A stretch of DNA of 64,000 nt, from positions 32,001 to 96,000 of the IMG/VR virus record IMGVR_UViG_3300017917_002108. One strand, given 5' to 3'. This DNA is from a virus. The translations under genes were made by a program, and so were the position numbers. Of this stretch, positions 21,070 to 30,955 are shown piece after piece. The notes under the pieces are model-generated. The model saw only the letters and a program-made list of their open reading frames with translations, was not told where the DNA came from and did no database searches. Positions within the stretch are counted from its first letter, which is position 1, and each line of letters opens with the position of its first letter.

Positions 21070-22461
21070 GTGAGTATAGTTCAAACAGTACAGGCCGCGA
21101 TAGTAACAGGCGCACCAGGAGAACCTCCTGCCCCACAACCAGTGGGTGTATACGCTTGGAACGGCGCGATGACTCCTTGGTATTCGCAGAGCAATCCCAC
21201 CCCTGCCGACTCTCCTGTGATATTTCCAGATGGCTTTCAGAGTTCAGCACTGACATTCAGTAATACCTGGACAGTGAGCCAGAATCTGGGACTGTGTAAC
21301 GAAATAGAAGTACAGATGTGGATCTATCCTACCAGCAACAACTGTATCATAGTCACTGAACAGGGACAGGCCGCTGAAAACACTGGTTATCACTATGCTA
21401 TGATAGAGATAGACAGCAGTAATCGTATCAAGGCTCGTAGTTGGCCACAGAATGGCCCTCAAGCATTGACCAGTGATCCTATCACGATAAATGCTTGGCA
21501 TCACATCTACTTCCGCCACAGCAGTGGTACAGCACGATTAGAAGTAGATGGTGTATTGGTAGGCACTGACAACTACGCAAGATCAGCACCTGGCAACTCC
21601 TTTATAGGTATTGGCTCATACTCTATCACAGGTATAACCAGTAACAATAGATATCAAGGTCGCATACACAATGTACAGATACGTAACTACAACTTTGTGG
21701 GTAGTGCTTATGCTGGTAGCAACACTACCTACAGACCCAGCATACAGTTTGATCTAGATGCTAACAAGAACTACGATCCTGCCACACCCAATATTTGGCA
21801 CAACTCGGCGTTCCCCGCCTATGACTGTACGCTCTACGGATCACCTACTTATGTAGCAGACGGTTCTGCTACAGGCACACCTGCGGCCTACTGGACCTTT
21901 GATCGCAATAATCTACAGTTTGGACAGATACAGAACATTCCTAACATAAATGTTTGGACCATTGAAGGACTGTACAGATTAAGTGCTTCCTATTCAACTA
22001 TCAATGCCACAGCAGTTATCACTACTATCTTTGATCTTGACGGAGGTGCTTCGCCAGACTATGGTGTGGTCAACTTCTGTTTAGGCACTAATGGTGATCA
22101 AGTCTTTAATGCCAACTGGTACGGTCAGTTTTTTGCTGGTGGTAACTGGCGCAAAAGTATCGGCAGTAATGTCAGTTATACGAACAGTTGGTACCACTTG
22201 ATGGCTACCTATGACGGAGTCTATCTACAACTGTACAAGAACGGACAGCCATTGGGTTCGCCAGCACAGTTTAACATAGCCAGTTCAGCCAACGGTGGTG
22301 CCATACGCATAGGTCGTCGTTGGGATGGTGCTGACTTTTCCTCTGACAACTACTTCCCTGGAGACATTGCCAAGGTTGGTCTATGGTATGGTGCTATGAG
22401 TCCTGGTGATGTCTACAAGAGATATCAAGAAGCAGTAGCACAGGGCTATCCACAGATCTAG
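21070..22461 (+). CDS. Tandem LamG/concanavalin-A-like lectin domain protein
   Basis: WIYP...WHHI...LEVDG and WYHLMATYDG..LQLYKNG...IG LamG signatures; GTG start with AAGGA SD. Confidence 0.8.
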   Translation: MSIVQTVQAAIVTGAPGEPPAPQPVGVYAWNGAMTPWYSQSNPTPADSPVIFPDGFQSSALTFSNTWTVSQNLGLCNEIEVQMWIYPTSNNCIIVTEQGQAAENTGYHYAMIEIDSSNRIKARSWPQNGPQALTSDPITINAWHHIYFRHSSGTARLEVDGVLVGTDNYARSAPGNSFIGIGSYSITGITSNNRYQGRIHNVQIRNYNFVGSAYAGSNTTYRPSIQFDLDANKNYDPATPNIWHNSAFPAYDCTLYGSPTYVADGSATGTPAAYWTFDRNNLQFGQIQNIPNINVWTIEGLYRLSASYSTINATAVITTIFDLDGGASPDYGVVNFCLGTNGDQVFNANWYGQFFAGGNWRKSIGSNVSYTNSWYHLMATYDGVYLQLYKNGQPLGSPAQFNIASSANGGAIRIGRRWDGADFSSDNYFPGDIAKVGLWYGAMSPGDVYKRYQEAVAQGYPQI

Positions 22462-23055
22462 TTATCTAATACCCTGCTTGCGTAGTTCTAGACAACTATG
22501 ACACTTGCCGCAGGGCAGTATCTGTGTTTCCTTGTACTGCGGTGTGCGGCAACTCCAAAACAGATCACGTAGTGTTTCTGGCAACATCAGATGTATTTGT
22601 TGTTTGGTCATAGTCAACACAGGAAATATCTTTTCCGCTCCCGTGAATGCTGAAAATATGATGTTGGCTCTACGACGTCGATCTTCTAGACGCTGATTGG
22701 CATCGTTGGCTGTCATTCCCATTGCCACTTTCTTTATGCGACTATCGTTAGAGCAGATAAATCCCGCAAAGAAATTCATAGTGTCTGTGTCGTAGAGAAA
22801 CCCTGGGCCTATGTGCGGACTGCGTATTTCGCTTTCTGTGTACTCAAAATCATAGCCCAATCTCCGTATTTCTTTAAGTGCTAGATCCACAGTGATGGCT
22901 TCGGCCTTGGCTCTATTTTCCACGTTGTTGTTATGTACGTGATGTACGTGTAGGTCATAGTGCTTGTACAGGGGATTGGTCAAGATAGTCCACACAGTAC
23001 CAAGACTGTCTAGGCCTCCTGAATACATCACTAGGATTTTGTCTTTTGATTCCAT
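22462..23055 (-). CDS. QueC-like PP-loop ATPase with C-terminal Zn site
   Basis: SGGLDS PP-loop, SCRTP...CGKCHSC; lacks the VPxRN and YPDC motifs of canonical QueC. Confidence 0.7.
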   Translation of the reverse strand: MESKDKILVMYSGGLDSLGTVWTILTNPLYKHYDLHVHHVHNNNVENRAKAEAITVDLALKEIRRLGYDFEYTESEIRSPHIGPGFLYDTDTMNFFAGFICSNDSRIKKVAMGMTANDANQRLEDRRRRANIIFSAFTGAEKIFPVLTMTKQQIHLMLPETLRDLFWSCRTPQYKETQILPCGKCHSCLELRKQGIR

Positions 23056-23492
23056 ATGTAAAATGTATAAACTTCGTTGACGGGGTGTTCTTCGGGTTGC
23101 GGAGTAAGTTCGTCAGCACGGGGAAAATACACAGCATACTTAGTAGGCCAGTTAGGGTTTAAGAAAGCACGGGCTACAAATCTATCACAACGAGGTAATA
23201 CCACTGCTAATAGGTCTCTACAGAATTGCTCACCAAATGCTAGTCCGCCGTCTATTATCACTGTATCCCAATGCTCGTCTAAACTAAACCAGTCACGCTG
23301 ACGTAGTTTAGCGTCATTGTATAAAGGATGTAGATCCCAGGCTTCTGTACACAAGGGTAATAATAATCTAGTACTACCTAGCAGCAAAACTCTTCCCTCG
23401 CAGTAGTTTTCAAACACCCTATAGTCATCTTCGTTAGGAGCTGCTGGCCATTTTAAGGCTGTCCAATACGAATTATCTGCGTGTATATTCAT
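23031..23492 (-). CDS. Hypothetical protein, possible degenerate class I SAM methyltransferase fold
   Basis: RVLLLGST, EAWD, WDTVIIDG pattern; TAAATA 5 nt upstream. Confidence 0.45.
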   Translation of the reverse strand: MNIHADNSYWTALKWPAAPNEDDYRVFENYCEGRVLLLGSTRLLLPLCTEAWDLHPLYNDAKLRQRDWFSLDEHWDTVIIDGGLAFGEQFCRDLLAVVLPRCDRFVARAFLNPNWPTKYAVYFPRADELTPQPEEHPVNEVYTFYIWNQKTKS

Positions 23493-23543
23493 CCGATTAT
23501 TTATTGTTCAGTATCCTGCTAAATATACTAAAGAGAACACATT

Positions 23544-24098
23544 ATGGCCATACAAACAATAAACATTGGAAATGTAGTAAACGACGGACTGGGCGACGAT
23601 CTACGCACCGCGTTTCAAAAAGTAAATGCTAATTTTGCAGATCTAAATGCATCGTTGACTGTGACTGCTAGTAATGTAGGAGCCACAGGTGTTGGCATAT
23701 TCAAAGAAAAAAACGGTCTAGATTTAAAATTTAAAAAATTAGTATCTGGAACTAAAATACTACTATCGGAATATCAAGATACAATCGTAGTTAATAATCA
23801 ACAACCTGATGGATTCGTGAGGATCGATACCAACAACGGCACAGTGCTAGGGGATGATTATCTTAATATAACCCTTCAAGGTGCGAATGGTGCTGAAAAT
23901 ATTTCTACCAGTGTTGTGGACAGTGTTATATCCATAGACACAGTATTGCCTGTTACTGAAATATTAACTTATTACGATTTTGGTACTATTGATCAGGATT
24001 TTACCAATGTCATGCAATTAGCTTTATCTGCAGCCAATATCGATTTTGGAACCATAGCCAATCCAGGAACTGTAAGTTTAGATCTAGGTACCTTATAA
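23544..24098 (+). CDS. Small baseplate/fibre protein with gp9/gp10-like N-terminus
   Basis: QTINIGNVVNDGLGDDLRTAFQKVNANF; C-terminal DFGTI repeats. Confidence 0.7.
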   Translation: MAIQTINIGNVVNDGLGDDLRTAFQKVNANFADLNASLTVTASNVGATGVGIFKEKNGLDLKFKKLVSGTKILLSEYQDTIVVNNQQPDGFVRIDTNNGTVLGDDYLNITLQGANGAENISTSVVDSVISIDTVLPVTEILTYYDFGTIDQDFTNVMQLALSAANIDFGTIANPGTVSLDLGTL

Positions 24099-24107
24099 GG
24101 ATCATAT

Positions 24108-26573
24108 ATGGCCGTAACATGGATCACTTCAGCCGGAAATCTAGGCATCATAACTGAAAGAGTAACCATTAATATACCATTAATGGCTGTTTCTCCGGTG
24201 GGTCCTGTTTCATTCTCGCTCATAGCCGGAAGCCTTCCTAGGGGAGTAAAATTATTAGACGGGGTCATAAAAGGTTCCCCGGTCGAAGAAAAAAAATATA
24301 CAGAATATAAATTCGTGATCAGAGCCGATGACGGTCAAGATCTTGAAGATCGAACATTTGTCTTGTCTGTGGACGGATCCGATATACCCTATTGGTTGAC
24401 CGTTGAGGGTTTTTTAAAAGTCGGAGACGGTGATAACTATTTTGTATTAGATAATGCTTATGTTAATTTTCAATTAGAGGCCGATGACACTGATCTAAAT
24501 GCTGGGGATACATTAGAATATTTTCTAGTCCCTGCAGGGGGAGAGTTACCGCCAGGATTGTCATTGAGTAGGTCGGGATTGATTTCAGGTTTTACAGATC
24601 CAGTATTTTCCATTGATTATCAAGAAAATCAAACCGGGTCGTATGACACAGCCGCATTTGATGTAGTACCGTTAGATCTAGTTCATAAGAAAGACAACGG
24701 TTTTGATTCTTTTCTTTATGATAATACTACCTATGATTACAATGAACCGAGCCGTACTCCTAGACGCCTAAGTAGATTTTATACCTTTGTTGTCGCAGTA
24801 TCAGACGGCATTAACGAGATACGAAGAGTTTTCAGAATATGGGTAGTCACCGAAGAGTTTCTAAAAGCAGATAATAATCTTCTAGAAGTTGATACCAATC
24901 TGTTCAGGGCCGATAATACCGGTGATAGGATACCTTTATGGATCACAGAAAGTTATCTAGGAAGATTTCGAGCAAATAACTATGTGACTATCTATCTTGA
25001 TGTATACGATCCTCCCAGTCTGCCAGGAACCATAACTTATTTTCTACTAGATATCAATCCCGACGGCACGAGCAGTCAATTGCCACCAGGCATGGAGTTA
25101 GATACAATCACCGGAGAAATAGCAGGTAAAGTACCTTATCAAGCAGCCGTTACTAAGACCTATCAATTCACCATGCAGGCAGTTAATTTTCCTGCAATAT
25201 TGGCGGAAATAAATTACACGCTGGTAGGAGATTGGAGTTCTACAAGAATATACAGAGTCAACGAAGCGGTCAGATATAAAGGATTTATCTATATCTGTAT
25301 ACAGGATCATCGCAACGTGCAGCCTGTGAATGGCGCCTATTGGAATCTCGGAGTTTCAACTTCTGAAAAAACTTTTACCGTAGATGTCATAGGCGAGATT
25401 GAAAGTTCTATAGAATGGATTTCGGACAGCGACAGAGGTATAATCAAACCCAACCAACCTAGCCTATTAGAAGTCAAAGCCACTAGTTTACTCTATGGAG
25501 GTAAAGTGGTATATGAAATAGTTTCAGGTACGTTACCTCCCGGTCTAAGTCTGTTATCTACTGGTATCATCCAAGGCAAAGTAAAACAGTTTGCAGATAA
25601 TTTTGGACCAGGACTTACTAGATTTTTTGATCATGATTCCAGCCTTATTGATTCAACCGGCTCAGTTTCATACAATACCACTTTCGATGGTGCAGATACT
25701 AGTTTTGATCAAAAATTTACTTTTGAAATCAAAGCCAGAGACACCGCCAATTTTGCAGAAAGTATCAAAACATTTTTTGTAACGGTATCGGCTAACAATA
25801 CCAAAACATTTGCCAATCTATATGTCAAAGCTCTACAAACCAAACAGAAACGACTAGACTGGTATAATTTTATAACCGATTCAAATATTTTTGCTGCGGA
25901 CGAAATATATCGCTACGGTGACGCAAACTTCGGTGTACAGCCAGAATTAAAAATGTTATTATTTGCAGGTATCGAAAGTGTAGAAGCAGTCAAATATATT
26001 CAGGCCATGAGTAGAAATCATTACAGAAAACAACTTAGATTTGGCAATGTAAATTATGCCGTGGCAAATGATCCGGAAACTCAAGAAGCTCTATATGAAG
26101 TCATATATGTAGATATAATCGACGAATACGAAATAAATGGTAAAAGCATTTCAAGTGAAATAAATTTAACAGACAATATAAACAGTAAAGTATTAATCAG
26201 TTATGATGCTATCAAGGTTGACAGCGATATACCCTTTGTCAGTGACAGCGATCATCAACGCATCTTTCCAAATTCTATAAAAAACATGAGAAATAGAATC
26301 AAACATGTGGGTCAAAATGACAGAGAATTTTTACCTTTATGGATGCGCAGTATACAACCTAATAATTTTGTAGAGACAGGATTTGTTAAAGCTGTGGTAT
26401 TATGCTATGCCAAACCTGGTAATTCTAAGGCAATTCTAAGTAGGATCAAAAGCAAGGGCTATGATTTCAAATCTATCAATTTTACCGTAGATAGATACGT
26501 CATAGATATTCTAGACGGGGAGATAGAGGATAAATATCTAGCATTTCCGCAACGTGGAGAAAAATTACCGTGA
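24108..26573 (+). CDS. Structural (baseplate wedge-like) protein with putative Ig-like repeats
   Basis: Four G.LPxGxxL...G.I.G He_PIG-like units; structural context. Confidence 0.65.
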   Translation: MAVTWITSAGNLGIITERVTINIPLMAVSPVGPVSFSLIAGSLPRGVKLLDGVIKGSPVEEKKYTEYKFVIRADDGQDLEDRTFVLSVDGSDIPYWLTVEGFLKVGDGDNYFVLDNAYVNFQLEADDTDLNAGDTLEYFLVPAGGELPPGLSLSRSGLISGFTDPVFSIDYQENQTGSYDTAAFDVVPLDLVHKKDNGFDSFLYDNTTYDYNEPSRTPRRLSRFYTFVVAVSDGINEIRRVFRIWVVTEEFLKADNNLLEVDTNLFRADNTGDRIPLWITESYLGRFRANNYVTIYLDVYDPPSLPGTITYFLLDINPDGTSSQLPPGMELDTITGEIAGKVPYQAAVTKTYQFTMQAVNFPAILAEINYTLVGDWSSTRIYRVNEAVRYKGFIYICIQDHRNVQPVNGAYWNLGVSTSEKTFTVDVIGEIESSIEWISDSDRGIIKPNQPSLLEVKATSLLYGGKVVYEIVSGTLPPGLSLLSTGIIQGKVKQFADNFGPGLTRFFDHDSSLIDSTGSVSYNTTFDGADTSFDQKFTFEIKARDTANFAESIKTFFVTVSANNTKTFANLYVKALQTKQKRLDWYNFITDSNIFAADEIYRYGDANFGVQPELKMLLFAGIESVEAVKYIQAMSRNHYRKQLRFGNVNYAVANDPETQEALYEVIYVDIIDEYEINGKSISSEINLTDNINSKVLISYDAIKVDSDIPFVSDSDHQRIFPNSIKNMRNRIKHVGQNDREFLPLWMRSIQPNNFVETGFVKAVVLCYAKPGNSKAILSRIKSKGYDFKSINFTVDRYVIDILDGEIEDKYLAFPQRGEKLP

Positions 26574-27157
26574 CAAGCGCAATAAATTATTCAGCAATAA
26601 ATGAAAACTTTCCTGTAGCAGGGCAGGATAACGACACACAGGTGTTCAGAGATAATTTCGATACCATCAAAACTAGTCTACAAACAGCTCAGTCTGAGAT
26701 TACTGATCTCCAGACCAATGTTGCTAGAACAGATCTAGATAATGATTTTAATTGGAAAATACAGAATAGGGCAGTTTTTCAAAACACCTATGAAGCTAAA
26801 TTCGACGGCGGCACGGTAACAACCCCACTTGTTGTAGATTATGAAAATGGTAGTTATCAAATTTTTAGATTCGGTGCCAATACTACCGTAGAATTTTTGA
26901 ACTTCCCCGACGACGACACTATTCCCGAAAGTGTAGGCAAAATCACTCTAGAGCTATACGGTGACGGTACAGCTAGAACTATTACATTTATTACTACAGG
27001 CGGCACAGTACTAAAAAAATCTGCAGATTTTCCTTCCCCGTTTACTATTACCAGTGCAGAACTCGCAGGTGGTGCTGGCAACCCGATAATCGTAGAAGTT
27101 TGGCGTCACAAAACCGATAGGATTTTCTTAAATTATATTGGTACATTTAGTTCATAA
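26570..27157 (+). CDS. Virion structural protein
   Basis: INENFPVAGQDNDTQVFRDNF N-terminus plus coiled coil; follows structural genes. Confidence 0.6.
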   Translation: MTSAINYSAINENFPVAGQDNDTQVFRDNFDTIKTSLQTAQSEITDLQTNVARTDLDNDFNWKIQNRAVFQNTYEAKFDGGTVTTPLVVDYENGSYQIFRFGANTTVEFLNFPDDDTIPESVGKITLELYGDGTARTITFITTGGTVLKKSADFPSPFTITSAELAGGAGNPIIVEVWRHKTDRIFLNYIGTFSS

Positions 27158-27393
27158 TGTTTCACCCCCTGGAAGAAGATCTAACCAAACTAACAGATGC
27201 TCAGGTAGAGCAACGAGTACAAGATCTATCAAAAAAATATTTTACAGCACAGCGTTTAGGGAAACCTGAACTATTGACACAAATCGCTACTTTTGTTACA
27301 ATATACAGAGAAGAGATGTCTAAGCGTTATAGAGAAAAAACTAAAAACGAGTTAGATGGCGATTTGGATCAATTAATTAATGTCAATAACTAA
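27157..27393 (+). CDS. Hypothetical helical protein
   Basis: 78 aa ORF, TAATG overlap. Confidence 0.65.
   Translation: MFHPLEEDLTKLTDAQVEQRVQDLSKKYFTAQRLGKPELLTQIATFVTIYREEMSKRYREKTKNELDGDLDQLINVNN
27274..27302 (+). promoter_or_regulatory. Sigma70-type promoter inside upstream CDS
   Basis: TTGACA-17 nt-TACAAT with extended -10 TG. Confidence 0.7.
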
Positions 27394-27859
27394 ACAGAAC
27401 GAGCAAGATCTAATAGAAGGTGTGCTAAGGCACGGCCCTAATATTATAGAAAAATGCCTTGTTGATTCCAATGACATTGAATCATATCTACAAAGATTAA
27501 CTACAGAACATCTTAGATATCCGATCCCCAAGGAAACATTAGACACTAATCATTGGAATATTCCTCACGAATATCAAACCATGGATATTGAACAATATCT
27601 GATAGATCAATGTCCTAAAGAAAATCTTGGAAGATTGACCCAAGAATTACAGCTTTATAATCAACACAATATGCTTATGGTTCTCAGAGCTATGAAGTAT
27701 CTAGTAGACTCTTTAAGGTCTAATAGCATAATATGGGGTGTTGGACGTGGCAGCAGTGTGGCCAGCTATACGCTCTATTTGTTAGGGGTCCATAAGATCG
27801 ATAGTGTTAAATATAACTTACCAATAGAAGAATTCTTCAAAGGAGAACAAAATGGGTAA
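27380..27859 (+). CDS. DNA polymerase III alpha (DnaE)-like fragment
   Basis: WGVGRGSSVASYTLYLLGVHKIDSVKYNLPIEEF matches DnaE GPGRGSAAGSLVAYALGIT.IDP..Y.L.FERF; ends before catalytic PDxDxD. Confidence 0.8.
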   Translation: MSITKQNEQDLIEGVLRHGPNIIEKCLVDSNDIESYLQRLTTEHLRYPIPKETLDTNHWNIPHEYQTMDIEQYLIDQCPKENLGRLTQELQLYNQHNMLMVLRAMKYLVDSLRSNSIIWGVGRGSSVASYTLYLLGVHKIDSVKYNLPIEEFFKGEQNG

Positions 27860-28082
27860 AACTTATACAAGCATGCAGGGTAAACAAATTGACATGGAAA
27901 AACTAAATCTAGTTAACGAATTAACTCCTGCTATCGGAAATATGAAAGTAAATGCCAGAGGCGACGAATTGGGCCCTGGAGGTAAAATCGTCCGCACAAG
28001 AGAACAGATATTACAGGATTACTATCAAAACAATCCCAGAGCTATTAAAGAAGAAATAGCTACCAGAGGAAGCAAAAGGTAA
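27852..28082 (+). CDS. Hypothetical phage protein
   Basis: 76 aa ORF with AAGGAG SD. Confidence 0.7.
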   Translation: MGKTYTSMQGKQIDMEKLNLVNELTPAIGNMKVNARGDELGPGGKIVRTREQILQDYYQNNPRAIKEEIATRGSKR

Positions 28083-28085
28083 AGC

Positions 28086-28445
28086 ATGTCAACAGCCTAC
28101 GACGTTAAACATATAAAAATAAGAGCTATTCACGATTGGGTCATAGTTTCCGATATGGATTTCGGAGAGATGAAAACCTCTTCGGGCATAGTTCTTAGAT
28201 CGGACAATGGTCAAGCTCACGGAGTCAAACCTAGATGGGGTAAGGTATATTGCATTGGTCCTAAACAACATGATGTCAAAGTTGGTGATTGGATACTTAT
28301 CGAGCACGGAAGATGGACCAGAGCTATGCATATAAACGACGGTGAACAAGAACTTAAGGTGCACCGAGTAGATACCTCGGGCATTATGGCCATTTCCGAC
28401 TCTCCTCCCAGTGCAGAAGATGTATTGATAGGTAACACTCTGTAA
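28086..28445 (+). CDS. groES: GroES-like co-chaperonin (functional analogue of T4 gp31)
   Basis: IRAIHDWVIV...TSSGIVL...GKVYCIGP..DVKVGDWIL. Confidence 0.82.
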   Translation: MSTAYDVKHIKIRAIHDWVIVSDMDFGEMKTSSGIVLRSDNGQAHGVKPRWGKVYCIGPKQHDVKVGDWILIEHGRWTRAMHINDGEQELKVHRVDTSGIMAISDSPPSAEDVLIGNTL

Positions 28446-28684
28446 TGGGTTTCAAAAAAAGCTGGGACACAGGGGACATAGCTAACCAAATACACGCCCT
28501 AGCTCGTGAGTGTTCCAGCAGCTACACAGACGGTTTTACAGCATTTGAATGTAAGAAAGATCTTTATCAAATCAAAGAAATCATCGATCAGGCTATCAAA
28601 TTATCTCCGAATTTTGGAGAACTGGAACAGCAGTGGTTGACAGAACAAGAACAAAAGCGTATCATTAAGATTCTAAAGTCTTAA
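28445..28684 (+). CDS. Hypothetical protein
   Basis: 79 aa ORF, TAATG overlap. Confidence 0.65.
   Translation: MGFKKSWDTGDIANQIHALARECSSSYTDGFTAFECKKDLYQIKEIIDQAIKLSPNFGELEQQWLTEQEQKRIIKILKS
28637..28665 (+). promoter_or_regulatory. Sigma70-type promoter
   Basis: TTGACA-17 nt-TATCAT. Confidence 0.6.
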
Positions 28685-28694
28685 GGAGATACGA

Positions 28695-29099
28695 ATGACT
28701 AACCCTTTCCGCGACCAAGAAAAATTCATGCGGGCATGTGATCAATCTGTAGAAGGTTGGAATCAAGAACAATTCAATCTTTACGTTAATTTAATCGACG
28801 AAGAATATAACGACGAATTAAAAACAGCCATTGCAAATTGCGATCCGGTAGAGATCGTAGATGCACTTACCGATATCTTAGTCGTAACTATTGGTGCTTT
28901 ACATTCCATGGGAGCAGACCCAGAAGGTGCTTGGAAAGAAGTCATGAAGACCAATTTTGCTAAGATTGACAAAGATACTGGCAAAGTTCGCAAGCGTGAA
29001 GATGGCAAAGTACTAAAGCCGTTGGGATGGACTCCTCCCAATCTTTCTGAGTATACCACTAAAGAAAAAACTATCCTAAAACAAGGATACGAACAATGA
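28695..29099 (+). CDS. MazG-like / PRA-PH-like NTP pyrophosphohydrolase
   Basis: LIDEEY.DEL...EIVDALTDILVV...EVMKTNFAK...REDGKVLKP.GW. Confidence 0.82.
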   Translation: MTNPFRDQEKFMRACDQSVEGWNQEQFNLYVNLIDEEYNDELKTAIANCDPVEIVDALTDILVVTIGALHSMGADPEGAWKEVMKTNFAKIDKDTGKVRKREDGKVLKPLGWTPPNLSEYTTKEKTILKQGYEQ

Positions 29100-29518
29100 G
29101 GAAAGGATTCACTTGTTCGACATTTGATCTATTTCATGCTGGGCATATTATGATGCTTAAAGAAGCCAAAACACAGTGCGATTATCTCATTGTAGGTCTT
29201 CAAACAGATCCCACTATCGATCGCAAAGAAAAAAATAAACCTGTACAAAGTGTTTTTGAACGCTACGAACAACTCAAAGCCTGCAAATACATAGATGAAA
29301 TCATAGTCTATGAAACCGAAGAAGATCTCTTGAACATCTTGCTTTCTTATCCCATCGATGTTAGAATATTAGGTGATGAGTACATGCAAAAAGATTTTAC
29401 AGGTGCACATCTACAACACATTGAATTATATTTCAATACACGAAGACATAATTTTTCAACAACTGAATTACGACAGCGAGTTATCGCTGCACAGATTAAT
29501 AAAGGTCTCACAGAATGA
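29096..29518 (+). CDS. Cytidylyltransferase (TagD-like)
   Basis: FDLFHAGH HIGH motif, LIVGLQTD, ER, FSTTELR. Confidence 0.87.
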   Translation: MRKGFTCSTFDLFHAGHIMMLKEAKTQCDYLIVGLQTDPTIDRKEKNKPVQSVFERYEQLKACKYIDEIIVYETEEDLLNILLSYPIDVRILGDEYMQKDFTGAHLQHIELYFNTRRHNFSTTELRQRVIAAQINKGLTE

Positions 29519-29721
29519 CTATGGATCAAGCGGCTGTATTTTTAGCCGGAAGTATTTTGATAGCAATCGGATTCACTGTAATGATTGCAGCGGTGGTGTT
29601 TATTAATAATATGCTTCACAAATATTGGAAACCAGTGAGTTTATTCACCCCCGATAGTTGGAAGGCATTCAACCCACCACCGCAATTTATAGATCAAGGA
29701 ATAAACAAGGATAAAAAATGA
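29515..29721 (+). CDS. Small membrane protein
   Basis: Single hydrophobic helix; ATGA overlaps at both ends. Confidence 0.6.
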   Translation: MTMDQAAVFLAGSILIAIGFTVMIAAVVFINNMLHKYWKPVSLFTPDSWKAFNPPPQFIDQGINKDKK

Positions 29722-30632
29722 AAGAACTATGGGTTGAAAAGTATCGCCCTAAAAATATCGAGGGTTATGTATTTAGAGATGATCATCAAAGAAGGCAAAT
29801 TGAAACTTGGATAAAGGATCAAAGTATTCCTCACCTATTGCTCAGCGGTTCAGCAGGTATTGGTAAAACCACACTGGCTAAGATTCTTATTCACGAGCTA
29901 GGTATTGAGGATTATGATGTCTTAGAAATCAATGCAAGTCGTACTAATTCTGTTGAAGATGTCAGAGATAAGATCACAAACTTTGTTCAAATGATTCCAT
30001 TTGGTCCGTTTAAAGTAGTCTTACTTGACGAGGCCGATTATCTGTCACCAAACGCACAGGCAGCACTCCGCGGTGTAATGGAAGAATATCATGCAACAGC
30101 TCGCTTCATTCTTACTTGTAACTATCCCAATCGTATTATTCCTGCTATACATTCGAGGTGTCAAGGATTCCACGTTGAACGTACTGATAATACTGAGTTT
30201 ACTGCACGGGTGGCTACTATCCTTGTCAATGAATCTGTGGACTTCGATCTCGATACCTTGGATGATTATGTAAAGGTCGCATATCCTGATCTTCGCAAAT
30301 GTATCAATCTTGTCCAACAAAACATAAACGAGGGTCATTTGAATCCTCCTAATAAGAGTGATAGCGGAGAAGCTGATTGGAAGTTTGATATGGTCGAACT
30401 TTTCAAAGCAGGTAAAATACAAGAAGCAAGAAAACTGCTGTGCGGTAAGTTACGTGCAGAAGAAATGGAAGAAGTATATCGCTGGTTATATGACCATGTT
30501 GAAATTTTCGGTAGTGATGAGAATCAAGACAAAGCTATTCTTATTCTTAAACAAGGACTAGTAGATCACACATTGGTAGTAGATGTAGAAATTAATCTAG
30601 CTGCTGTGTTGATTAAACTAGCGAGACTCTGA
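29718..30632 (+). CDS. Clamp loader ATPase subunit (RFC small / T4 gp44-like)
   Basis: [31 protein letters not shown]. Confidence 0.95.
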   Translation: MKELWVEKYRPKNIEGYVFRDDHQRRQIETWIKDQSIPHLLLSGSAGIGKTTLAKILIHELGIEDYDVLEINASRTNSVEDVRDKITNFVQMIPFGPFKVVLLDEADYLSPNAQAALRGVMEEYHATARFILTCNYPNRIIPAIHSRCQGFHVERTDNTEFTARVATILVNESVDFDLDTLDDYVKVAYPDLRKCINLVQQNINEGHLNPPNKSDSGEADWKFDMVELFKAGKIQEARKLLCGKLRAEEMEEVYRWLYDHVEIFGSDENQDKAILILKQGLVDHTLVVDVEINLAAVLIKLARL

Positions 30633-30955
30633 TGAGTTATCTGGTCACTGAAAATTGTATAAAATGCAAACATACAGATTGTGTTAATGTTTGTCCGGTT
30701 GATTGTTTCTATGAAGGCCCAAATTTTCTAGCTATTAATCCTGACGAATGCATTGATTGTGGTGTTTGTGTACCGGAATGTCCTATCGATGCCATTAAAG
30801 CAGATTCTGATAAAAATATCGACGGTATATTTTGGACCGACTTAAATAGACGACTAAGTCTAAAATGGCCTAACATCACAAGATCTAAACTGCCTTTGCC
30901 TGATCACGATCAGTGGACCGATCAACCAGATAAAATAAAGTTTCTAGAAGAATGA
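30632..30955 (+). CDS. fdxA: 7Fe ferredoxin (FdxA type)
   Basis: [18 protein letters not shown]...[12 protein letters not shown]. Confidence 0.92.
   Translation: MSYLVTENCIKCKHTDCVNVCPVDCFYEGPNFLAINPDECIDCGVCVPECPIDAIKADSDKNIDGIFWTDLNRRLSLKWPNITRSKLPLPDHDQWTDQPDKIKFLEE

Noticed and set aside
15055-22461. Diversity-generating retroelement acting on fibres
   Set aside because: No reverse transcriptase in the window; internal repeats (e.g. GGTSPAND twice) differ at synonymous positions rather than adenine-specifically.
22462-23055. Assigning gene symbol queC and predicting dPreQ0/dG+
   Set aside because: Lacks canonical QueC substrate motifs and lies far from the pathway genes.
27380-28082. 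Frameshifted or intein-split dnaE continuing into the next ORF
   Set aside because: The downstream ORF has its own SD and no DnaE or intein motifs.
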